Of a DNA stretch of 64,000 nucleotides, positions 57,242 through 64,000 are shown one piece after another (position 1 is the stretch's first letter; every line of letters starts with the position of its first letter). The notes under the pieces were generated by a model. That model was given only the letters and a program-made list of their open reading frames with translations. It made no database searches and was not told the DNA's origin. Where the stretch lies: assembly GCF_017551775.1 (NCBI RefSeq), contig NZ_JAFZKX010000018.1, positions 6,761 to 70,760 of the forward strand, given 5' to 3'. The translations under genes were made by a program, and so were the position numbers. The stretch comes from Fibrobacter sp. (lineage in GTDB: Bacteria; Fibrobacterota; Fibrobacteria; Fibrobacterales; Fibrobacteraceae).

Positions 57242-58192
57242 ATGAAAGTAGTTTTTATGGGAACGCCGGAATTTGCGGCTTGCTTCTTGAAGCATCTTAA
57301 GGAATCTGACCATTTGGAAGTTGTGGGCGTGGTAACCCAGCCCGATAGGCCCGCGGGTCGTGGCCGCGTGCTGACGCCCCCGCCGGTAAAGCAGCTCGCG
57401 CTTGAATACGGACTCCCTGTATTGCAGCCGCTCGATTTGAAGGCCCCGGAATTCGAGGCGGATTTGCGTGCATTCGGCGCCGACTTGTTTGTCGTTGTCG
57501 CCTATTCCATCCTCCCGAAGAATATCCTCGCCGTGGCGAAATACGGTGCGGTGAATGTGCACGGGAGCTTGCTGCCCAAGTATCGCGGTGCCGCACCGGT
57601 GCAGCGCGCGATTGCCGATGGTCTCGCCGAGACGGGCGTTACGGTTTTCCGCCTGGACGAAAAGATGGATCATGGTCCGATCCTTTCGCAGAAGGTGGTG
57701 CGCATCGACCATCAGGATACGACCGCGAGCCTGCTCGAAAAGATGGTCGCTCCCGGCTGCGAGGCGCTTGACGAGGCTATCGCCCAGCTCGAAGGCGGAT
57801 GCGAGAAAGACCTGACGCAGGACCATGCGCAGGCATCCGGTGCCCCCAAGCTCAAGAAAGAAGAGGGCCGCATCGATTTCAGTTTGCCCGCAATCGTTAT
57901 CCATAACCGCATCCGCGCCTTCAATCCGTGGCCGGGTGGATATGCGACGCTTTCGGGCCGTACGGTTTACCTGCGCAAGACGGATGTGGTCGGCGTGGGC
58001 GCTTGCAAGGCGGCTCAGGGCGTTTCGAATCTTGCACCGGGTTCTATTGAATTTAAGGAAAATCGTTTGTTCGTCGGTACGGGCGATGGCCTGCTCGAAG
58101 TTATTGAAATTCAGGCCGAAGGCAAGAAGCCGATGCCTGTCGCCGACTTTATGCGCGGACTTCAGAAGCGCGAAGGACTTGCATTTTGCTAA
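57242..58192 (+). CDS. fmt: Methionyl-tRNA formyltransferase
   Basis: VFMGTPEFA, VVTQPDRPAGRG, NVHGSLLPKYRGAAP, MDHGPIL, RIRAFNPWPG, QAEGKKPM. Confidence 0.97.
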   Translation: MKVVFMGTPEFAACFLKHLKESDHLEVVGVVTQPDRPAGRGRVLTPPPVKQLALEYGLPVLQPLDLKAPEFEADLRAFGADLFVVVAYSILPKNILAVAKYGAVNVHGSLLPKYRGAAPVQRAIADGLAETGVTVFRLDEKMDHGPILSQKVVRIDHQDTTASLLEKMVAPGCEALDEAIAQLEGGCEKDLTQDHAQASGAPKLKKEEGRIDFSLPAIVIHNRIRAFNPWPGGYATLSGRTVYLRKTDVVGVGACKAAQGVSNLAPGSIEFKENRLFVGTGDGLLEVIEIQAEGKKPMPVADFMRGLQKREGLAFC

Positions 58193-59427
58193 CGGAACGT
58201 GAAGAGGCCTACCGCGTTCTTCTGCTGTGGCAGAAGGAAGGAACTTTCATCAAGGAAAGCGGTATTCCCCCGTTTGCGATGGAAGTGGCTCTCGGCGTTT
58301 GCCGCCGGCATCTTTATTTGCAGTATTTCATCAAGTCGCTCGTGAAGAGAATGCCTTCCGTGGAAGTCTGCACCATATTGGAGATGGGACTCTTCCAGAT
58401 GTTCTTCATGGACGTGCCGGATTATGCCGCCATTGATTCCTGCGTAGAACTGGCGAAGTCCGCGAATCTGGGCGAGGGAGCCGTGCGGCTTACGAATGCC
58501 GTATTGCGTTCTGCCCGCAGGTCGGGCGCGCCCGCACTCCCGTCGCAGCGCGTGCGTCGCGTAAGTATCGAGAATTCTATCCCTGAATGGCTGGTGCGTC
58601 GCTGGTTCGACGTCTATGGCGGCGACCGAGCCGAAAGCATTGCGCGTTCTTCCTTAGAGCGCCCTGTGGAATGGATTCGCGTGAACCTGCAGAAGACAAA
58701 CGCTCCCGTGCTTGCCGAAAAGATCGGCATTACGGGCGCGAGTATCTTGTACGATCGCTTTATCGAAATCCCGCGCGACGTGGGCGTGAAGGTACTGCTC
58801 GCCTTGCCCGAATTTTCGGCGGGCATGTTCTCGTTCCAGAATCCTTCCGCATACGATGTCGTGAAACTCCTGGATGCAAAGCCGGGAATGAAGGTGTGGG
58901 ATGCCTGTGCGGCTCCCGGCGGAAAATCTGCGTTGATGGCGGAGATGGACCCGACGTTGTCTATTTATGCGAGCGATTCCTCGGAGTTCAGGCTCGAGAA
59001 GATGAAGGACTTGATGGACCGTCTCGGCCTCAGGAATGTGAACCTGGAATGTGTCGATGCGCTTGACGTGGATTCCACTCACTTTTCTTCCAAGTTCGAC
59101 CGCATCCTTCTTGATGTCCCGTGCAGCAACATGGGCGTGATTGCACGGAGGCCCGAATCGGTTTACCGCTTGACGCCCGAATCCATTGTGGAACTGACGA
59201 AATTGCAGTACGGCATTCTCGAACGCGCATCGGAAATGCTTTCGCAGGATGGACGCCTGGTGTATGCCACGTGCAGTCCCGATCCGGCCGAAACGACGCA
59301 GGTCATCAACAAGTTTGTAAAGGCTCATCCCGAATTCGTGAAGGTCGGGGACCCGGTGCTGCCCGGCAGCAGGGATGCCCGATTCGACGGCTTTTTTGCA
59401 CAGGCTTTGGAGCGTAAAAAATCATGA
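58186..59427 (+). CDS. rsmB: RsmB/NOP-family RNA m5C methyltransferase (NusB-like N-terminus)
   Basis: WDACAAPGGKS, DRILLDVPCS..G, LVYATCS; classic fmt-rsmB linkage; TTG start overlaps the fmt stop. Confidence 0.88.
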   Translation: MLTEREEAYRVLLLWQKEGTFIKESGIPPFAMEVALGVCRRHLYLQYFIKSLVKRMPSVEVCTILEMGLFQMFFMDVPDYAAIDSCVELAKSANLGEGAVRLTNAVLRSARRSGAPALPSQRVRRVSIENSIPEWLVRRWFDVYGGDRAESIARSSLERPVEWIRVNLQKTNAPVLAEKIGITGASILYDRFIEIPRDVGVKVLLALPEFSAGMFSFQNPSAYDVVKLLDAKPGMKVWDACAAPGGKSALMAEMDPTLSIYASDSSEFRLEKMKDLMDRLGLRNVNLECVDALDVDSTHFSSKFDRILLDVPCSNMGVIARRPESVYRLTPESIVELTKLQYGILERASEMLSQDGRLVYATCSPDPAETTQVINKFVKAHPEFVKVGDPVLPGSRDARFDGFFAQALERKKS

Positions 59428-60086
59428 AACCGATAAGAACTTTGTTTGCCGCGCTTTTGCTTGCCGCGGTTGCATGGGCGCAGAATTCAGCGCCGGATTC
59501 CACGCAGTCTCCCGCGCCGGCAGTGGCGAAAAAGCTGGCGGCTGACTCCGCGAAGACTCCCGTGGATACGCTCGCGTATGCATTCAACAAGGGTTACATT
59601 TCCATCGAAGGTGGTGAGATGTATCCGTTTGGCGACCTCGTGGAAGCTGTCGAGAATTCGTTCTACGGTGGTGTGGGTTTCCGCTACAGCTACTGGCCCG
59701 ATTTCGATGGGTTCGTGCACTTCAATTACGCATACGTGAAGGTGCGTGCCGAAGGAATTCCTTTCCCGGGCGTACACCAGTTCGTTGGACGTATCGGTTT
59801 GGATTGGCACTGGAGGCTGCTGCGTCCGCTCGCGATTGGTGCAGGATTCACCTGCAACTGGACCCGCGCCGATTCTGATGACGAAGACAAGTTTTATGAA
59901 GGCCGTGGGGGCATGCTTCTTGACAACGAGACGGAATTCGGGTGGTTCGCCCGCGTCAATATGCCGTTCATGAATTTCAAGGGATACGTGGCGGGCCTGA
60001 ACGTGCTGTGGGAACAACTCTGGACTTTGCCTGAACGTTCCAACACACTGACGGTGGGCTTCTATATCGAAAGGAGAATCTGGTAA
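59424..60086 (+). CDS. Small outer-membrane beta-barrel protein (hypothetical)
   Basis: Signal peptide, amphipathic strands (GVGFRY, IGLDWH, IGAGFT), C-terminal aromatic W; ATGA overlap with rsmB. Confidence 0.65.
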   Translation: MKPIRTLFAALLLAAVAWAQNSAPDSTQSPAPAVAKKLAADSAKTPVDTLAYAFNKGYISIEGGEMYPFGDLVEAVENSFYGGVGFRYSYWPDFDGFVHFNYAYVKVRAEGIPFPGVHQFVGRIGLDWHWRLLRPLAIGAGFTCNWTRADSDDEDKFYEGRGGMLLDNETEFGWFARVNMPFMNFKGYVAGLNVLWEQLWTLPERSNTLTVGFYIERRIW

Positions 60087-61801
60087 TGAAAACTTCTCTT
60101 TTCTCCATAGCTTTTGTAGCGGCGCTTCCGCTTTGTGTAAATTCCCATGCCGCAATAGATGCCGAAATGGAAGGCATGGAAGCGGTGAGCCGTGACGACG
60201 GTACGTTCCTTGTGGGTGGGCCGACTTACCAGTTCGACCGCATTCTCGGTGCGGGCGGCTTGCACAGTGAAAGCGAACTCTGGACTCCCCAGAAGTTGCG
60301 CCAGCGGGTTCTTTTCAATCGCATGTCCATTACGCCTTCGTGGACTCCGCTCGAAGCCTCTGTCTGGGTGAAGACGGGTAACGAACTCGGTGACATGATC
60401 TACCAGGATGTGATTACCGAGTACGATAGGCCCGAAAACCGCACCCCGATTCTCGAGGGTGGTTTCAGGACGCCTTCGTTCAAGGGCTTCTGGGCGACTG
60501 CTCGCGGTTTTCAGGATGACCATTATGCGGCGCTTACTGCAAGTTACCGCAAGAAAATCGTGGAAGACGAATTCGCATTCTTTGGTGCCAATTATCCGAT
60601 GTTCAGTTCCGTTTATGGTGGGCTCGGGTACACGGACGATTTTGTGAACGCCTCCGTGCTTGTGGGCGAAGAATACCTCTGGGAATACATGGAGTCTTCG
60701 CGCTGGATGCCCGTGCACATGAAGCCGCGTATCGAGGCGCGCGCGGATTTCTGGAATTTCTCGCTCACGGCCGCATTCGAGGACGCGCTGTACCAGAACG
60801 TGCTGCGTGATGAAAACGGGGAACGCAAGGAAGTGAACGGTTCCGTGCTTTACAAGTGCGGGAAGGTTTGCGAAAAGGGCATGCTCCAGCTTTCGGCCGG
60901 AATCGCGTTCCGTGTCGTCGATGACGAGGGGACGGTATACACCGAACTGGATGACAATCATGTGGTATGGCCCTTCATGCAGTTGCGGGTCGCCCCGTTC
61001 AATTGGCTTAAGGCCGATGTCATGTTCGGCATGAACGATGCGGACTGGCTTGTGCAGGACAGTATCGAGGTATCCCTGCCCCTGGCTGTGAAAAACTTGG
61101 GGGTGACGGTCGGTTTTAAGAACGTGTCGGGTACGCGATTGAATCCGCTTGCCGATGACAGGGAATTTTTTGCGCTGGGCGATGTGGAGAGCGTGATTGA
61201 ACTTTCTCCTGACGGCCAGATGAATCTTTTGCAGGGTTACCTTTCTTTTGCCGATACGGTTGCGCCTTTTTCTTTTGGCGGACGCGCTTCGTTCTGGGCC
61301 GAGAAGGGTGCGGAAACGTTCGATGTGGACGGCTTCGTAGAGGACAAGGGTTACGAGTTCCGCTATGGCAATGTGTCGCGCATCGATTCGTGGATAAAGG
61401 GCGTGACCGGCGAATTTTGGGTTGATGCCTGGCTTGGCGATATGTTCAAGTTCCGCGCTTTGACCGGTTTCGAAAGGATTGACGGCGAAGAAGAACGGTT
61501 TGAAGTGACTCCCGCTGAATACTTTGTCGCCTTCACCGGTGACTGGCTTATCCGCAAGAGTTTCCGCGTATCGCATTCGCTACGCTACAGGAGCGACGCC
61601 CAGTGGAATTTGCGCAGCAGTAACCCGTTGATAGTCAAGGGGGACTGGTATTGGGATGCAACCTTCGAACAGATGTTCCCCAAGTACGGCCTCTCTCTTA
61701 CAGGATCGTTAATCCATGTCCTTGCGGATGAGGTGGTTCAGGTTCCGGGGGCGGATTACGACAGAATTCGAATTGTCTGCTCCATTAGAAAGACATTTTG
61801 A
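60086..61801 (+). CDS. Large outer-membrane beta-barrel protein (hypothetical)
   Basis: Signal peptide, many amphipathic strands, terminal IRKTF; TAATG coupling with the previous gene. Confidence 0.65.
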   Translation: MKTSLFSIAFVAALPLCVNSHAAIDAEMEGMEAVSRDDGTFLVGGPTYQFDRILGAGGLHSESELWTPQKLRQRVLFNRMSITPSWTPLEASVWVKTGNELGDMIYQDVITEYDRPENRTPILEGGFRTPSFKGFWATARGFQDDHYAALTASYRKKIVEDEFAFFGANYPMFSSVYGGLGYTDDFVNASVLVGEEYLWEYMESSRWMPVHMKPRIEARADFWNFSLTAAFEDALYQNVLRDENGERKEVNGSVLYKCGKVCEKGMLQLSAGIAFRVVDDEGTVYTELDDNHVVWPFMQLRVAPFNWLKADVMFGMNDADWLVQDSIEVSLPLAVKNLGVTVGFKNVSGTRLNPLADDREFFALGDVESVIELSPDGQMNLLQGYLSFADTVAPFSFGGRASFWAEKGAETFDVDGFVEDKGYEFRYGNVSRIDSWIKGVTGEFWVDAWLGDMFKFRALTGFERIDGEEERFEVTPAEYFVAFTGDWLIRKSFRVSHSLRYRSDAQWNLRSSNPLIVKGDWYWDATFEQMFPKYGLSLTGSLIHVLADEVVQVPGADYDRIRIVCSIRKTF

Positions 61802-61931
61802 CGCTGTAAGCAAAATGTATTGATAATGTGACCTAGAAAAAGCATAATTCTAGGCAATCTTTTCTATATTCGTCATATTCCCTAATACGGGGAATATTTT
61901 TTGGATAGTTGGTGAATAAAGGAGTTCTCGC

Positions 61932-62018
61932 GTGAATCATTTGATTCCTCGCATGTTGGTGCATCTCGCATGCTGCTGCGTTATTGTAATTTTAATTTGT
62001 ACGTTTCTTTCTGCCTAA
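61932..62018 (+). CDS. Candidate 28-aa hydrophobic small protein (MNHLIPRMLVHLACCCVIVILICTFLSA)
   Basis: AAGGAG SD (61919-24) 7 nt before GTG 61932; TAA 62016-18; single-TM composition. Below the ORF-track length cutoff. Confidence 0.45.
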   Translation: MNHLIPRMLVHLACCCVIVILICTFLSA

Positions 62019-62035
62019 ATCAAAGTCTGTTTTAT

Positions 62036-63079
62036 CTAGGATAAAGCCAGCTTTAATGCTTTTAGGCTGAAACTGTTGGCAAAAACATCTTTTGCTGCAT
62101 CTTTGGAAACCCATGTGAAGCGGCCCGCTGCTTTATATTTGAGTTTTATGTGCTGCACCCTACATTCGATTTTGTGAACGGTGATTCCGTGCTTGAATGA
62201 GCCGCAGTCCTCTACGGATGCGACCTTGTCGCTGTCGATATAGCGTTCGGCCTGCTGGGGAATGCCTGCAGTCGCATTCCTCTGCGTCTCGAAATGGGGG
62301 AGGGCGAGTTGCCCGCGCAGGAACGCTTGGCCATCGGAGACGGCGAGTATCTTGCCGTCGGCGCTTTCGATGACAAGCGCCGTGCCGTGCCAATCCTTCT
62401 GTATGCGCGTTCGTTTCGGCGGGAATTCTTCTGCACGCCCTTCGTGGTATGCACGGCACCCGATGGCCAGCGGGCACGACGTGCAATTTGGGGTCTTGGA
62501 CTTGCATACGGTGCGCCCGAGTTCCATCAGGGCTTCGTTGTGCATGTATGCCTTCGGGCTGTCTGCGACATTGCGGGCGTAGTCCCAGTAAGTTTCCGCA
62601 GCCTTCCCGTCGGGCAAAAAGTTGAGGGCGTAGAACCGCGAGAATATGCGCACCAGGTTCCCGTCCAGAATCGCTTCCCTCTTGTGGAATGCGAGGCTTA
62701 GAATCGCGCCCGCGGTATAGGCGCCTATTCCAGGCAGGGATTCTAGCTCCTTGCGGGTGTTCGGCATCCCTGCGTTCTCTGCGATAATCCTTGCCGCTTT
62801 CAGGATGTTCCTGGCGCGGCTGTAATACCCCAGGCCCTGCCAGTACTTGAAAACTTCCTCTTCGCTTGCTTTTGCGAGCGTTTCTACGTCGGGAAACCGT
62901 TCCATCCAGCGGACGAAATAATCCTTTACGGTGGAAACCTGCGTCTGCTGGAGCATCGTCTCGCTAATCCATACCGCATATGGATTGCGTGGCGTGTCGA
63001 GTTCTGCGGGCCTCCACGGGAGTGTGGCCGCGTTCTTCTTGAACCAGGCACGCAGATGCTTCAGGATATTCTCGTCCAT
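62036..63079 (-). CDS. mutY: A/G-specific adenine DNA glycosylase
   Basis: WISETMLQQTQV, WQGLGYYSRARN, HhH LPGIGAYTAGAI, LDGNLVR, Fe-S motif CKSKTPNCTSCPLAIGC. Confidence 0.95.
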   Translation of the reverse strand: MDENILKHLRAWFKKNAATLPWRPAELDTPRNPYAVWISETMLQQTQVSTVKDYFVRWMERFPDVETLAKASEEEVFKYWQGLGYYSRARNILKAARIIAENAGMPNTRKELESLPGIGAYTAGAILSLAFHKREAILDGNLVRIFSRFYALNFLPDGKAAETYWDYARNVADSPKAYMHNEALMELGRTVCKSKTPNCTSCPLAIGCRAYHEGRAEEFPPKRTRIQKDWHGTALVIESADGKILAVSDGQAFLRGQLALPHFETQRNATAGIPQQAERYIDSDKVASVEDCGSFKHGITVHKIECRVQHIKLKYKAAGRFTWVSKDAAKDVFANSFSLKALKLALS

Positions 63080-63119
63080 AATGGCCTATTTACATCGCCG
63101 CGCTGTATGGCGTGGAAAC

Positions 63120-63998
63120 CTACAGCTTGTAAAATTCGCGCTTGATTTGGCGGAAGTAATCGAACTGCACCCTTGTCGAATTTTCGAGGGTGTAATGCAT
63201 GCTGCGCTTGTGGGCGTCCTTGCGCATCTGCTCGTAGACTTCGGGCTTTTCCAGTTTGAGCGTGCGGCATTCTTCCAGTGCATCGAGCCATTTGGCTTCG
63301 TCGATCGGGAGGATGCGTCCGCAGGAATTGTCCTTCACGATGCTGCGCGGGCCGCCGTAATTGCTCACGATGGCGGGCGTGCCGGTGGACATGGCTTCCA
63401 CCACCACGTTCCCGAAGGTGTCCGTGGTGCTCGGGAACAAGAAGAAGTCTGCATTGGCGTAGAGGCCGGCGAGAGTTTCCCCGCCCTGTTCGCCAGCGAA
63501 ATGCACGCTGTCGTCGCCTTCGAAGAACTTCTTGATTTCTTCCAGGTACCAGCCGTAGCCGACGTACATGAGTTCGACGTCCTTGTGCTTGGCGGCGAAT
63601 TTCTTCCATACGTCGTTCAGGAATTCCAGATTTTTCTCTTTGGAGATTCGCCCGATGAAGGCGAACCTTACGGGGCGTTTTTCGCGCGTGTCCCCGTATT
63701 TTTCCCACGTGCCCTTCCCGCGCAGTTCGGGCGAGAACCGTTCCAGCGGGAGTCCGCGCGGGAGAATCTTCACTTGTTTCGCAGGAACGTGGAGCTGCTT
63801 CGTGAGGATGTCGGCGTAGTCATCGCAGGGGCTCACGACAGGCCTTGCCATCCAGTAGAAAATGCGCATGAGCCACAGCACGTACACGTGCATCCATTTT
63901 GCCTTCACGAGGGTCTTCGCGTAGGTCGGGACGTCGGTGCGGTAGTGGCTGAAAACCTTGATGCCGGCGATACGAGCGCAGAAGCAGATAAGCCATGC
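63120..63998 (-). CDS. Glycosyltransferase family 4, 3' part (start lies beyond the window)
   Basis: Frame open to the window edge (SHYRTDVPTY); FIGRISKEKN, FLFPSTTDTFGNVVVEAMSTG.P. Confidence 0.88.
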   Translation of the reverse strand, partial: AWLICFCARIAGIKVFSHYRTDVPTYAKTLVKAKWMHVYVLWLMRIFYWMARPVVSPCDDYADILTKQLHVPAKQVKILPRGLPLERFSPELRGKGTWEKYGDTREKRPVRFAFIGRISKEKNLEFLNDVWKKFAAKHKDVELMYVGYGWYLEEIKKFFEGDDSVHFAGEQGGETLAGLYANADFFLFPSTTDTFGNVVVEAMSTGTPAIVSNYGGPRSIVKDNSCGRILPIDEAKWLDALEECRTLKLEKPEVYEQMRKDAHKRSMHYTLENSTRVQFDYFRQIKREFYKL

Positions 63999-64000
63999 GC

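Overview
This 64-kb window is ordinary chromosomal DNA from a Fibrobacter-like bacterium. The assignment rests on tandem Fib_succ_major (FISUMP) domains, Fibrobacter-type C-terminal secretion modules and strong GC3 codon bias. I saw no rRNA, tRNA, CRISPR array, prophage or IS element. Housekeeping genes: speA and a carboxy(nor)spermidine dehydrogenase, nudC, der-plsY-gpsA, dnaE-lpxB, mutL, a group-2-like sigma factor, murI, hom, nadC, coaX, fmt-rsmB, mutY. These are interspersed with surface proteins (VWA adhesin, FISUMP lipoprotein, tandem-LamG lipoprotein, InlB-repeat protein, GH30) and scattered glycan genes (gmd-rmd-GT4-flippase, two phosphoglycosyl transferases). The strongest candidates for undescribed biology are: (1) a priming phosphoglycosyl transferase fused to a degenerate GGDEF-like domain with a correctly spaced RxxD I-site, possibly c-di-GMP-gated glycan initiation; (2) a coupled operon of an SPL-like radical SAM enzyme, a GSP-synthase-like ATP-grasp ligase and a WbqC protein; (3) an in-frame fusion of a 2B-less UvrD helicase to a PlsC acyltransferase; (4) a MutL whose endonuclease/Zn motifs are all substituted; (5) an unannotated ~135-nt sRNA with anti-SD pyrimidine tracts beside a 99-bp hairpin tandem repeat; (6) a 28-aa hydrophobic sORF; (7) a dispersed heptamer-armed hairpin element; (8) many apparently leaderless housekeeping genes. 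All family calls come from motif recognition by eye; no database search was run.
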